A DNA stretch of 64,000 nucleotides from Octopus bimaculoides (GCF_001194135.2 NC_068997.1:52758196-52822195); one strand, 5' to 3'; counted from the first letter of the stretch, positions 47,671 through 62,443 are shown. The notes: generated by a model from the letters alone, not told the origin. Made by a program: numbers and translations.

Positions 47671-48404
47671 TGGCGTTGGTCTTCAGAATCAGGCTCTTTG
47701 ATTAGAACAGAGGTCACATGATTTACCATATTTAAATAAGATTAGGTTGGTTTCCAGCTTGTTAAACTTGTCCTTTGCTATGGTGAAGTATTCTGTGGTC
47801 ACAGACCCTGAAGATAACTTCTTTCCACCTGTCTTCTGTCATATTTTGGAGGCCCTGTTAAGGGCCACAGACTTGCCCTTTCCTATTCAAATAAAACCAT
47901 TAAAAAAAAAAACAAAGTTTTTTAAAAAGAACAAATTTCAGAGGTTTAACTTTTTTTATTAAATTTCTGGTTTTCTAACTTTTTTTGTTAAATAAAAAAA
48001 TATTCTCAATATCTCCCCCAGAAAAAAACTCCCATCCCAAAAGATTACCCCCTACCAAAACAAAAAAAAAAACATCCCATGAAATTTTCATGTTTTATTT
48101 GTAATTTTATTCTTTTTTTTTTACATTTAATTTTGATTTTGTTTTTTAAAGTGTTTTCTTTTTTGTTGTTTTAGTTTGCTTTTTGTTTTGTTTTCAATTT
48201 TATCCCCTCCCACCAAAAAAATATTTTTAATAAATAAACAAATAAATAAATAATTTTGCCTTTTTTTCTTTGTTTTATTTTGTTTTTGTTTTCATTTTAA
48301 TTTTCATTCTAATATTTAATGTTGCCTGTTTTTTTTCTCTCCCTTTGATTTATCTTCCCCAGTGTATCACTGGTTGTAATTTCTCCATAACAAACTAATT
48401 TCAT

Positions 48405-48600
48405 GGTGATGTGACTGAAGTATCAACGTGTGACTTATAATGTATGGCAGTGTGACATGACATGTAGGATGATGTGACTGAAAATTATGGTGACGTGAGC
48501 TGAGATGTAAGATGGTGTGACAGGAAATGTAGGATGGTGTGACAGGAGGTGTATGGTAGTGTGACAGATGTATTAGGATGTGACAGGAGGTGTTTGGTGG
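48405..48600 (+). repeat. Degenerate minisatellite of about 22 bp (gtgtgacaggaaatgtaggatg-like)
   Basis: Recurrent gtgtgac followed by atgtaggatg variants. Confidence 0.7.
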
Positions 48601-49499
48601 TGCAGCAAAAGATGAAATGATGAAATAGAAATGGTTTTTATGTCCATTCCTTACCTCTAGAGACCATCATCACTAGATTACCAATTCTAGCAACTACTGT
48701 TATGGTTTATTGAAGAACTAAGAAATAATAAAGTTACTTGGAATAATATATAGGAATATGTATGTTCTAAGAATTACAGAAGAACCAGAAATATATGAAT
48801 ATGAAAATAAAATGAAAGAAGTTTTAAATATTTAACCCCATGATGATAGTGTCCCAGCATGACCACAGTCCAGTGACTGAAAAAAATAAAAGAAAATATG
48901 GAAAAATAAATATCAGCTATTTTTTTTTGTTTTGTTTTTTAGTGTTTCCTCCAATTTCAGACAATAACATACTAGGTATGTTCTCCTTCAGTCCATTTCA
49001 TATATCTGGTTCCATATTTGGCTGTTGTCATGAAGAGGTTGGTTGTATAGAGTATAGAGAGGCAATCTGAGTTTGGCATTTATTCCATGTTGCTGTTTGG
49101 TTTAATACCTATGTATGGCTAAAGGTCAATGATGCCATAGAGGGTGGAATAGACTACTGGGTCTGTGGCCTTCATTCATTTATTTCTTTGGATTTATTAA
49201 CAGTGGTGGGCACCTCAGTACAAAAGTTGGTTGCATTTTGGTAATTTTTGACACAACAGCAATTTTGGTGTAGGATGTATTTTTGGTATTTTGGTGCCAA
49301 TATTGAATACTGTTGTTTGAATCTCTCTGAGCAAATCTTTGAAACGAGCTAGACAAATAATGAAGAACCATCCATAAGTTTTGTATGTCTGAAAATGAAT
49401 ATCATTCTTCTTCAAGACCATGTTGTATACTTTGCGGTGTGGAGAGGTAGATGTCCATGCTATCACCGTCTTCTTGATGCAGTTAGAACCAAGATGCTT

Positions 49500-49900
49500 C
49501 ACAGAATTACGGACGAAGAATTACCGTTCCACAACTGGTCAATTTTTGGTGTCATGTTGTGTGTTTCTGCCAATAACATCATTGTAGCTGAATAATCTTT
49601 GTCCTCTTTTGGGGTGCAGAAGTCTCCAAAATTTAACATCTGATGTGACATGGTGTTCAACACAATAATAGTAACTAGCAAAGCCTCCCTACCCTCTGTT
49701 GAGCAACAATAATAGACGTGGATGGAATGTTTCCATAAATCTCCTCATTGGGTCTTGAACTCATGACACGTTTTGCATCCATGGAGCTCATTCTTCATAA
49801 TCCAGGATTCAGCTTGACAAATGGTCTTTCTTTAATGACTTGATTTTCCCAATGTAGCAGCTAAATCTTCAGTGATCTATTTCCCTGCTGTCTCTTATAT
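49500..49900 (-). mobile_element. RTE-type LINE ORF2 3' relic
   Basis: Frameshifted AESWIM, PNEEIYGNIPS and SDVKFWRL..RGQRLFSYNDVI resemble RTE post-RT motifs. Confidence 0.55.
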
Positions 49901-50454
49901 AAGAATTCCCTGCCACAAAACCTAAATCTGATCACAGAATCGGTTCCTCACTGCAATATTGACTGGAACCGTTATCAAATTTGCTTTGGAATTATTTAAA
50001 TATTTGGAATTTCTTAAACAAATGGAATTCATTCTTGAAGGAAGAATTTTAACTTTTTTTCTCTCTTTTATACACAAGGCGTTACTATTTTTATATTCCA
50101 TCTCAATAATTTGGCTTGGTTCTTATTGTCTTTGATACTAGTTATCTTTGTGGTTGGTGTAGTGCTTAATGTTGCGATTATTGTTGTAGTAGTCCTATTT
50201 CAAGACGGAATAACAAAGATAGCATTAAATTTTGTTTAACTTTATTTTCTTATTTCAATATCTTAAGCTATTCTCTTGATATCTCTTTTTACATTCAATA
50301 TCTTGTACAAAATTTAATATCTTCTACATTTGATATTTCTTAATTCAATTCCTTCTATATCCAAAGCAATATTTTCTTTCTTATTTGATATCACATTTAA
50401 TTCTCTTGATATTCTTCATCTTGTTCTCAATGCATCCTCTTTATCTCCCCCCCC

Positions 50455-50489
<35 letters not shown>

Positions 50490-52433
50490 GAAATTTATCT
50501 CTCTATTCATGCTGGTTGTCCAAGAGATGTTACCAACAAGACAAACACACAAACCAAATTTTTATTCCCATATAAAGCAAATTCAATTATTTGTGCTTTT
50601 AATGTTCTTTGGAGAAGCATGAACACAACAACTTCACCATTCCCCCACCTTGAAACATATTAAGACTTTGAATGTAGTCAATAGCAACTTAAATTTTATT
50701 ATTTTGCTAAATCAAGCAACGATTTTTCACAAGTATTTGCTATTTTTTGTTATGAATGTACAAACATACTTGCAAAATTGCTATAGGTCAAAGACATATG
50801 GTTAAGTAGCACATGTCTTCAACAAAATGGTTCTGGGTTCAGTCCCACCACATGCTTAAAGCCTTGGCTTAATGAATATTTTATGAATGGAATTTGGTAG
50901 ATGAAATGGTACAAAAGTTCAGTGTGTGTCTGTGCAACCATAGATGAATGTACATGTATATATGTGTGTGTGCGTGTGCTCACATATATTCATGCCCACT
51001 TGTATGTGTCTTATATTGTGGCACCAAGCTAACCAATCTCTTGTGAGGAAATCTAGTATATGGAGACTATATGAAGCCTGTAATAGGTATTTATCTGGGA
51101 ATGTTTACCTCATGTGCTGAACTAAAAACGGTGATGGTTTGTTGTCATTTCTCCTGTAAACAAATTGCATGTTAGCCCTGCTTTTTTGAAAATGTGCAGA
51201 AAAAAGACCTCTTACTGGAAAAAGAGGTAATGTTAATGACAGGAAGGGCATCCAGCTGTAAAATTATGTCGCAATAACAAGTATTCATCTATCCCCAACC
51301 TAGAATAGGAAAAACAATTTAAATTAAATGAATATGATAGGACGATAGGGATGGAATCAGTGTCAGGGGTTTCATATCACTAGCGTTTGTGTTGATCATG
51401 GCTATATAACTTAGCCCTTGGTAACCCTGTTCACTTGGCTGTAAATAGGTACCGCACCACAGCATGATGTGTAAGTAGCAGGAGTGCTGTATATTTAATG
51501 TGCTTCCAATTTTCTTGATTGCGCCATTCTTTTCCATTTTAATCCAAATTGCTTAACTACGCTGTCTTATCATCATCATGGAGGTTTTCAAGTGGCCTTT
51601 TCCCATCTTTTGGATATCACTCAGCAACTGCACAGGTCCACCTGTTGTCTGTAAACCTTATGGCATGTCTGGCCTCATGGAATTTGTGCTTTCAATATTC
51701 TGCAAACACATTGCTTACTCTGCTCCATTCTTGAAAATTGGGAAGGATTATATATGTAATATTATAGTCTCATGGTAGCCAAGTTGCCAAATGGTTTCAT
51801 GCCAGAAATAGAGAGGCAAATCTAGCAATCATCAGATATGCATGAATCGAAGAGCATGGCCTGAGCCCTTTGCCACTGGAAGCCTGAAAGTGTCATATGG
51901 AATTTATGGGGTCTTGAGAACCCGTTAAAAACAGAAAGAAATTCATGGATGAAATCACAGAATATATCCAAAAGGAGAGAAAGAGTGTTTGTGTGTGACT
52001 TTATATGGAAATGGTTCTTGGTTTAAAACACGAGGGTTTATTAATTGTATAGCTGTAGTGTGTCTGTTGGCACAGATGGTTGAGAGCTATCTTAGTTTCT
52101 TGACAATAATATTTAGTTCAGTGCCTCATATCTCTGAGTTCAATTCCTGCCAGAGCCGAATTTATTAGTCATGCCAGGAATAAACTGGAATTAATATATT
52201 TATTAAATCTCTATTAGTATTCAAACTGGAGTTGAATTAGCACAAGCAAATGGTCTTACTTTTTTGTTGTCTGTTGTAGTAGTGGTTGTAGTAGTGTTAG
52301 TGGTAGCTAGTTGTGAATAAAATCTATACTTATTCATTCATACTTTTATAATTACAGGGTTTAATCTCATAGAATATTTGTTATTATCATTATTATTATT
52401 ATTATTATTATTTATTATTATTATTATTATTAA

Positions 52434-52680
52434 GGTGGCGAGCTGGCTGAATCATTAGCACGCCGCCGGGTGAAATATTTAGCGGTATTTCATCTGGCAT
52501 TACGTTCTGAGTTCAAATTCAAGCATGGTCGACTTTGCTTTTCATCTTTTCGGAGTCAATAAAATTAAGTACCAGTTGAGTACTGGGGTCGATGTAATCA
52601 ACTTAACCCCTCCCCCCACAAATTTCAGGCCTTGTGCCTATAGTAGAAAGGATTATTATTATTATTATTATTATTAGTAG
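52434..52680 (+). mobile_element. SINE family B, full length
   Basis: ggtggcgagctggctgaatcattagc...GAGTTCAAATTC...(att)n; further diverged copies follow to about 53110. Confidence 0.85.
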
Positions 52681-53296
52681 TAGTAGTAGTAATGGTAGTA
52701 CTAAAGAGCAGTGGATTAGCGGAATTGTTTGAGAAGCAGAAAAAAATGCCTTTTGGTATTTGTATCAGCCCTTTGCATTCTGAGTTCAAATCCTGCTGAG
52801 GTCAACCTTGCCTTTCATGCTTTCAGGCTTAATTAAATAAACACCAGTCGAACCACTGGAAGGATTGATGTAATTGACTTCCCCCTCCCCTCAAAATTAC
52901 TGGCCTTGTGCCTAAATTTGAAACAGTTATTCAAGATAGCAGTATTTTGTCCATTGGTATGTTCATCAGTTCACATTCCGCCAAGGTGGATTTTGACATT
53001 CATCGTTTTGGGGGTTGATAAAAATAAGAACCAGTTGAGCAGTGGGGGTGGGAGTCAGTGTAATCAACTCGTCCCTTTCCCCAAAATTTCAGGCCTTGTA
53101 GAAGAAAGGATTGTTATTGAGGTTGAAGAATGTCAGAATCGGTGGCTCTCAGGAGAAAATGGTTATAATTTAGTTATGTCTCCTCAAAATCTTGCTAGAG
53201 ACATCTTTTGCTTTCACATATTTCTATATGTGTGTGTATGTATATGTATGTAGATATATGCATGTGTGCATGTATATATATATGTATATAATATGT

Positions 53297-53455
53297 GCAG
53301 GAGTGGCTGTGTAGTAAGTAGCTTGCTTACCAACCACATGGTTCTGGATTCAGTCCCACTGCTTGACACCTTGGGCAAGTATCTTCTACTTTCGCCTCTG
53401 GCTGACCAAAGCCTTGTGAGTGGATTTGGTAGATGGAAACTGAAAGAAGCCTGTC

Positions 53456-53508
<53 letters not shown>

Positions 53509-53720
53509 TGTATGTATGTATGTATATGTTTGTCCCGCGACCATCGCTTGACAACTGATGTTGGTGTGTTTATGTCCCCATAACTTTGTGGTTCAGCCAA
53601 AGAGACCAATAGAATAAGTACTAGGCTTACAAAGAATAAGTCCTGGAGTTGATTTGTTCAGCTAAAGGCAGTGCTCCAGCATGGCCACAGTCAAATGACT
53701 GAAACAAATAAATAAAAGAA
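53297..53720 (+). mobile_element. SINE family A, full length
   Basis: Head through the tail cagtcaaatgactgaaacaaataaataaaagaata. Confidence 0.88.
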
Positions 53721-53750
53721 TATATATGTATATGTATACGTGTATATATA

Positions 53751-53829
<79 letters not shown>

Positions 53830-54736
53830 TATATATGTGATATGTATGTATATCCTGTTGAAAACATGTTTTTCCCTCTGTTTTTTTTTTCTTGTTTTTT
53901 CCCCATTTTTTTCCTCTCATCCCTATCTGTCAAAGAGCATAGGCTCAGAACATCAAAGACTTTCCCATTCTTCCTGAGCATCAAACTAATACACCTGCTT
54001 GTTGTCCCCTCACCTGTCTTTGTCTTTTGTTTTTCCGTAAATTTGGACTATATATACACATGTATGTGTGTGAGTGCATATGTGTATGTAGACGAGTGTG
54101 TGTGTGTATATCTATGCATGTATGAATATATATATATATATATATAAATCTATATAAACCTTCACCATTCCAGGGTTGATTGACTAAGGAATCAGTAACA
54201 TAGAAAATGGTGCAGATGAATTGAACTGCAACCTCTCCTCCCCATATCCGGAGTGTTGTGCCTATGTCAAATCATTATTATTATTATTATTATTATTATT
54301 GTTATAACTATATGAGGGTTAACTTTGTATTTCATATTTCTGAGGTAAATAAAATCAATACCAGTAATCTCTGTCTCTCTCTCTTTCTCTCTAGGTTTTT
54401 GTCTTCTTTCTCCAACTAAGATGGAAAATTTCTATTTATCAAGAACGTTTTGCATTTGCCATTCAGTTTTATCAACGTCTGCCTGAGTTATCATTCCAAG
54501 TTGTGTCATTGGTCGATCACAGTTACTTCCCTTTGCTCAGTATTGCTGTATGGTAGATGCAAGTGTGGCTATGAGGTTAAGAAGTTCGCTCGGAATCTAC
54601 ATGGTTTCAGGTTCAGTTCCACTGTGTGGCTCCTTGGGCAAGTGTCTTCTGTTATAACCCTGGACTGACCAATGCCTTGTGAATGAATTTGGCCAATGGA
54701 AACTGTGTGGAAGCCCATTATATATATGTGTGTAAA

Positions 54737-54949
54737 GTGGTGAGCTGGTAGAAACGTTAGCACACTGGACGAAACGATTAACGGTATTTCGTTTGTCCTT
54801 ATGTTCTGAGTTCAAATTCCACCGATGTCGACTTTGCCTTTCATCCTTTCGGAGTTGATAAATTAAGCACCAGTTGTGTACTAGGGTCAATCTAATCGAC
54901 TTTCCCCCTCCTCCAAAATTTCGGGTCTTGTGCCTAGAGTAGAAAAGAT

Positions 54950-54950
<1 letters not shown>
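54737..54950 (+). mobile_element. SINE family B copy
   Basis: Matches the family B body. Confidence 0.85.
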
Positions 54951-54987
<37 letters not shown>

Positions 54988-55666
54988 CATGTACTTGTTT
55001 CTTTATGTTTCCATTTGTCCTTCTCACTAAATAACAGCCGGTGTTGGGTTGTTTATATCCCTGCAACCTAGCAGTTTGGCAAAAGACACCAACAGAATGA
55101 GTTTAAGACTTAAAAGAATAACTACTGGTGTTTGGTGTTGATTTGTTTGACTAAATCTTTCAAGGCAATGCTCCAGTATGGCCATAGTCTAATTGGCTGA
55201 AACATTACAAAGACAAAAGACTGAAATTAATTGCTTAAATTCCCTCAAAATCTTTCAATACCTCATCTTCAAGCACCTCATTTTACCTTTTTTAGTGAGT
55301 TTATTTTTGACTTTCTCTATAAAATTATTTCCAAAGATTTCTAATCAAAAGTTGCCAGGACAAAACTTTCATTTTAACTTCAAGAATCTTGTGTTAATTA
55401 TCTAAATTATATCTGGCTTTGCACCAAAATATTTGAAGGATTCTTTTGCCTGCCAACTTTGTATCACAGAATCTCAAGTCTGATTTAATTATGGCTTTTT
55501 TTCTAAACTTTCAACAAAATGTCATTAAGTGAAACTCTTGCATATGTCACCTTAAGCTTTTGGAATTCATAACTAACCAATCCAAGAACGTTATTTGATT
55601 ACATCATAGCAAACTAAAACCACATCTTTCTCCCAAATACCTTAAGACAAATACATACATACAAAC

Positions 55667-55702
<36 letters not shown>

Positions 55703-55710
55703 GTATAGAC

Positions 55711-56066
55711 ACAGGAGTGGCTGTGTGGTAAGTAGCTTGCTTACCAACCACATGGTTCTGGGTTCAGTCGCACTGTGTGATACCCTGGATAAGTGTCTTC
55801 TACTATAGCCTCGGGCAAACCAAAGCCTCGTGAGTGGATTTGGTAGATGGAAACTGAAAGAAGCCCGTCGTATATATGTATATGTTTGTGTGTCTGTGTT
55901 TGTCCCCCCAACATTGCTTGACAACCGATGCTGGTGTGTTTATGTCCCTGTAACTTAGCAGTTCGGCAAAAGAGTCTGATAGAATAAGTCCCAGGGTTGA
56001 TTTGCTCGACTAAAGGCATTGCTCCAGCATGACCGCAGTCAAATGACTGAAACAAGTAAAAGAATA
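55711..56066 (+). mobile_element. SINE family A, full length
   Basis: Head through the tail cagtcaaatgactgaaacaagtaaaagaata. Confidence 0.88.
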
Positions 56067-57682
56067 GGTTCATTTTAAAAATCCCTTATCTAGGTCTTTG
56101 AAAAACCCTTGTATAAACTCACTGTAAGAAATCCTTACCCAGGCCCTCTCTGAAAAATTGTTACCTGGGCTGTCTTTGAAAAAGCTTCCTATAGATTCCT
56201 ACTACAGTTATGTTTCCTTTTCCAAAGATTGATCACAAAACACAGGTACAGCATTATCCCTCTCTCTCCCTCATATATGTTCCACCTTATTATCCATATC
56301 CTTTGCAAAAAGAATTTTGATAATAAACTCCGGATTATTCCAAATCGGAAAGTTTATATAAATATTTTTTCCTTCTGTTTGTATCTGGTTTTTAGCAGAT
56401 GTTTTAAATCAGCGTTTGATTATTATTATTATTATTATTTTTTAAATCAGGGTTTGATTATTATTATGTGTTGCATCAATTTTGCAGTCTGGGTCCCATC
56501 AGGTACATCTATATATAAAGGTTTGTGTCTTGCTAAAAATCCCAAGTTTTGGCTGTCCTGTTGTTATATACCATTCTGGGCCTATTTATCTATTTATCTA
56601 GCTAGCTAGGTAGCTATACACACATATAGTTAGAGGTGTATAGTATATGTAGTAGCTATACATCCGTAACTATAGCTATCATTATCATCATTGTTTTAAT
56701 ATAATCTTTTCAATGCTTGCATTGTTCAATATACTTGTACATACATACATATATACATACGTACGTGCATGCATACATACATGAATACATACATACATAT
56801 GTGTTTGTGTGTGTGTGACTGTCTGTCTTGCCTCTCTCTCTCTCTCTCCTGTCTGTCACTATACATACACACACACACAAACATATATACATAAAGTTGT
56901 TTATGTGTATATATGTACAATATATACGTATATTTATAGATATATAGTCATAAATACACACAATGTATCATATATATATATACATAAATATGACAATATT
57001 ATTTGAAGTGTACAGCATTATATATCTATTATGGCCGATCTTACAAATCAGTTTCGCACTTGGGACTCAATGGAGTGTTAGGTAACAATCCAATGATACA
57101 ACCTTTCACTCATCAGGTCATTACCTAACACCCCATTTAATCCCTAGCTTGAAACGAATTGGTAAGGTTAGCTGTAATAGATAGATAGGACTGTATATAT
57201 ATATATATATATATATATACATAGACATAAATATACACATTGTTTTATATATATACACATATATATATTTATTTATATATATAAATATATATTTATACAC
57301 ACACATACACACATATATATATTTATATATATATATATGCACATATTGTTACACTCACAAACGCATAGACAGCCATGCACACAGATATATATCTATATAT
57401 GTGCTTAGCCATATATTTATATATACGTCTTTAACATGAAATAAATATTTCAGGTAGCCACATTTTTATGGCATGCATTCAGATGTTCAACTGATTGACC
57501 ATTGTTGGTGGACCTACTCTATTAACAGGAAACAGGGTATCGACTTGGTATTCTGACTGTAACTTATATAATAAATATTAATTTATACTCTAACCTTTGG
57601 TATTGAGTACTCTTTAATTCTTTCTTCACCAGTAACATATTGATAATTTTTATACATGTGGAGTATATACATGTAGTTATAC

Positions 57683-57725
<43 letters not shown>

Positions 57726-58310
57726 AGCGTTGTAGTTTGCTTGCAGCATTGTAATATCAGAGAAGGTAAAAAAGAGAGAAAATAGAAAGCTTCTGACAAT
57801 GTGTAAAGTTTTATAAAACCTTTNNNNNNNNNNNNNNNNNNNNNNNNNNNNNNNNNNNNNNNNNNNNNNNNNNNNNNNNNNNNNNNNNNNNNNNNNNNNN
57901 NNNNNNNNNNNNNNNNNNNNNNNNNNNNNNNNNNNNNNNNNNNNNNNNNNNNNNNNNNNNNNNNNNNNNNNNNNNNNNNNNNNNNNNNNNNNNNNNNNNN
58001 NNNNNNNNNNNNNNNNNNNNNNNNNNNNNNNNNNNNNNNNNNNNNNNNNNNNNNNNNNNNNNNNNNNNNNNNNNNNNNNNNNNNNNNNNNNNNNNNNNNN
58101 NNNNNNNNNNNNNNNNNNNNNNNNNNNNNNNNNNNNNNNNNNNNNNNNNNNNNNNNNNNNNNNNNNNNNNNNNNNNNNNNNNNNNNNNNNNNNNNNNNNN
58201 NNNNNNNNNNNNNNNNNNNNNNNNNNNNNNNNNNNNNNNNNNNNNNNNNNNNNNNNNNNNNNNNNNNNNNNNNNNNNNNNNNNNNNNNNNNNNNNNNNNN
58301 NNNNNNNNNN

Positions 58311-58384
<74 letters not shown>

Positions 58385-58826
58385 TATACCCATATACATA
58401 CATAAACATAAGTATATATAAATATATATTTGTATATACATATGTATATCTATGTGTGTATGTGTGTGTGTGTGTGTGTGTGTATGTGTGTCTGTTTGTG
58501 TGCAAGCATTTATATATGCGACACTACAAACAATAACTGCATAATGGAACAGCAACCGTTGTACTTGAACTGATTTCACATCTGCTGCTTCTCCAGCGGC
58601 CGCAACCAGAATCTCCAGGAATACAGAAATAGACAGGACAATAGAGAAAGTGCAGTACGTCTGGCCCATTAGAGTGCAAGCCATTAGATTTATCACTGAA
58701 CTTTGTTTTAGACAGGTGGAGACATGGTACAAGTAACTGGGAAGATGGATTTACCTACATGGAATATAATAGCCATTAATCATTACATGTGTATCATTAA
58801 ATGAGTTTCCTTCTTGTTTATATCAG

Positions 58827-58860
<34 letters not shown>

Positions 58861-61555
58861 TGGTCGTGTTATTTTGTTTTTTATATCCCATACAATCACT
58901 GTTTTATGAATAAATTCGGGTCGATGATTGTTTGGTAATCAAAAAAAGCTAAACAAGATTTATTGGTTTGTAGAAACGCTTGCATGATAATTTTCCAGAC
59001 AATGATAGATTCATGAGCGCAAACCAGAAATAGAAAGTTTGCAACAATTAGCAACTTTTTCTGAGATACAGTCACGAAGGCTGTTCATCTCGACCACAAG
59101 TTAATGGCATCACTAAACCATTGATACCAATCCATTTTATTATCGGTATTAATACAGCATGTTCTGAGATTTTGTGCTTAAGATGGCTATAAGAAGATGA
59201 ACTTATTACATAAGACATTATGGTGATAGCATCATTAACCCGTCTCAACCTATGGGCTTTATTTTGGTAACTTATATTTGTTTTATTCCTCAAGTTACAA
59301 CGAAAGCAGCCTAACATGCTAAGTAGAGGCCATCGTGTTGCACCGTCTGAAGACAGCTTTCTGCTAGTTCTCTGATCTCACACTGATAGATAGATAGACA
59401 GGTAGGTAGGTAGATAGATAGATAGACAGGTAGATACATTTCTTTTATTAGCCACACAGGGCTTTACACAGAGGGGACAAATACAATGTAGAGCTTTTCT
59501 TTTTGGGAGGGGGAAGGAGAGAAAGAAAAAAGTGGGGGGGGGCGATGAAAAGGGATCGTAGGAAAAAAAAGGGGGGGGGAGTTCGATCAAAAGGGATCGA
59601 GAAAGAAAAAAGATAGATAGATAGATAGATAGATAGATGGGTGATCAGGTAAAGAAATAGATAGATACATAAATAGAACAGTAAATGATGAATTGAAGAG
59701 GTGATGGGTAGTGGAGAGGTGATGCAGGTAGTGGGGTCAGAGGGAGGGATACTATGAGGGGTGTGAGGTAGGAGTGGGGAGAAATGGAGATAAATTTGAT
59801 AAAAGTCACATACGTGCGTTTGGTGTTGCTACCATTGAGGAGAGCACAGAGTTGTTCCAAAGACTGACCTACCTACATGGGGTCGTACATAGCTACACAC
59901 GTACGCACATAGATAGGGCTAATTACCACTATATATGTATATAAACGCCAAGGCTACAGACACACGTATACAAACACACACACACACATAAACAGGTATA
60001 TACACTTAACAGCAACGATGACCCACCACCACCACCACCATCATAAACGACATCGCTTTATCTTTCCACCGTATCATTAACAGCATCACCTTCATATTAC
60101 ACCACCACAACATAAATGCTACGCTACACCACCACCACCAACTTCCTGAGCCACCATTCATTACCACTACTACCGCTGCCACCGCCATCGTCAGCTCCTA
60201 CGCGATTACTATAACTACCACTGCCTCCAGGCAATTAAGTGTTGGTCACGTGATACCAATAACGATATTTCATTGGTCAATCATTAGCAACGGAGTTGGT
60301 GTTGATGGTTGCTAGGAGTGTGGGAATTTGTTAAAAATATTCCAGCGTGACATTTCGTGTGTGTGTGTGTGTGTGTGTTATTTTTAGTTTGTGCGCATGT
60401 GTTTGAGTGTGTGTACACGTGTGTGTATGTGTATGTGTGCACGTGTCTCTATCTATCTATCTATCTCTTTCTATCTTCGGCATTCAGTGGAGTGTTGATA
60501 GATAGATAGATAGATTTTTTTTACTTTTTGGCAAATTAAACAGCTTTATGGTGGTTCCATTTCAATAACTGGAAATCTCCGCGCTAACCCCAACTCCCGA
60601 TGAAAATGATGGTTGCTCCCATTACAGGTGCGTGTCGGATGAAGCGATTAAGCGGTGTTGGTGACAGGAAAGGCATCAATTTGTATAACACTGAGATAAC
60701 TGCTCTAACACATGCCGGCATGAAAATTGAACGTAAATCAATTATAATTAGGACATAAAATGTACTTGTATGTGTTTGTGTGTGTGTGGGTGAGAGAGAG
60801 AGAGAGAGAGTGAGAGTGTAGAGAGAGAGAGGACGTACAGTTACATATGTGTATTCATTCAAACGTATGTATGTGTGTTGTAACATTTGTGTATATGTGA
60901 GTGTAACTATGTATACAAGTGTCTTTCTCACTCTGTATGTGTGTGTATATGTGTGGGTGTATGTGTGTGTTATTCATCTTTATCAGTTTCTTTTTTCTCC
61001 TTTTCTCTCTCTTCCACCCTCTCCCTGTTTGTCTCTGTCTCTACTGTGTGTATATGTGTCTCTCCAGACTGTATGTATGTATGTATGTATGTATGTATAA
61101 GTGCTTGTGTTTTTTCTGTGTATTACGATATGTCATCTCTGCTGTTTTCCCTCTCTATTTACATACATATATTGTTTGTGTGTGTGTGTGTATGTGTGTG
61201 TATCCGTCTCTCCCCTCCTCTCTCTTTCTGTGTGTGTGTGGCCATTAACTCTATCTCCCTCGCCCTTTCTCTCTCATTCTCTCCCTCTCTCCCCGTCTGT
61301 CTGTGCGTCCGTGTGTTATCAAACACCATAACAGAGCTGAACAAACCACCAAATGGAACAGCTTCGAATAAAGGTGAGTGAAGGTTTTATAGACATCAGC
61401 AACAACAACACCACAACCACAATTACAATAACAGCCATAACAACACGAATAACAACCGTAGACAAGAACAAGTAATAACAACAACAGTAGCAACAACAAC
61501 AACACTATCATAACAACAATAAAAATATAACAACAGGTGCTTTTTAGGTGCTTGT

Positions 61556-61743
61556 TTGGCTGTGTGGTAACAGGTTTCTTCAACCACATGGTTCCAGGTT
61601 CAGTCCCACCCACTGTGTTGTACCTTGGGCAAGTGTCTTCTACTATAGCCTCGGACCGACCAAAGCCTTGTCAGTGGATTTGATAGACGGAAACTGAAAG
61701 AAGCCCGTCATTTATATATGTATGTATGTATGTGTTTGTCCTC
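61556..61743 (+). mobile_element. SINE family A, runs into a gap
   Basis: ggctgtgtggtaac...ggttcagtccc...ccttgggcaagtgtcttctactatagcc. Confidence 0.8.
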
Positions 61744-62387
61744 NNNNNNNNNNNNNNNNNNNNNNNNNNNNNNNNNNNNNNNNNNNNNNNNNNNNNNNNN
61801 NNNNNNNNNNNNNNNNNNNNNNNNNNNNNNNNNNNNNNNNNNNNNNNNNNNNNNNNNNNNNNNNNNNNNNNNNNNNNNNNNNNNNNNNNNNNNNNNNNNN
61901 NNNNNNNNNNNNNNNNNNNNNNNNNNNNNNNNNNNNNNNNNNNNNNNNNNNNNNNNNNNNNNNNNNNNNNNNNNNNNNNNNNNNNNNNNNNNNNNNNNNN
62001 NNNNNNNNNNNNNNNNNNNNNNNNNNNNNNNNNNNNNNNNNNNNNNNNNNNNNNNNNNNNNNNNNNNNNNNNNNNNNNNNNNNNNNNNNNNNNNNNNNNN
62101 NNNNNNNNNNNNNNNNNNNNNNNNNNNNNNNNNNNNNNNNNNNNNNNNNNNNNNNNNNNNNNNNNNNNNNNNNNNNNNNNNNNNNNNNNNNNNNNNNNNN
62201 NNNNNNNNNNNNNNNNNNNNNNNNNNNNNNNNNNNNNNNNNNNNNNNNNNNNNNNNNNNNNNNNNNNNNNNNNNNNNNNNNNNNNNNNNNNNNNNNNNNN
62301 NNNNNNNNNNNNNNNNNNNNNNNNNNNNNNNNNNNNNNNNNNNNNNNNNNNNNNNNNNNNNNNNNNNNNNNNNNNNNNNNNNNNNNN

Positions 62388-62443
<56 letters not shown>

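Noticed and set aside
59347-59353. CTGAAGA as a third hammerhead core
   Set aside because: No stem II followed by GAAA downstream
61353-61379. Micro-exon ATG...AAG/GTGAGT (MEQLRIK)
   Set aside because: Strong donor but only 7 codons, no downstream exon found, and plausible by chance in 64 kb
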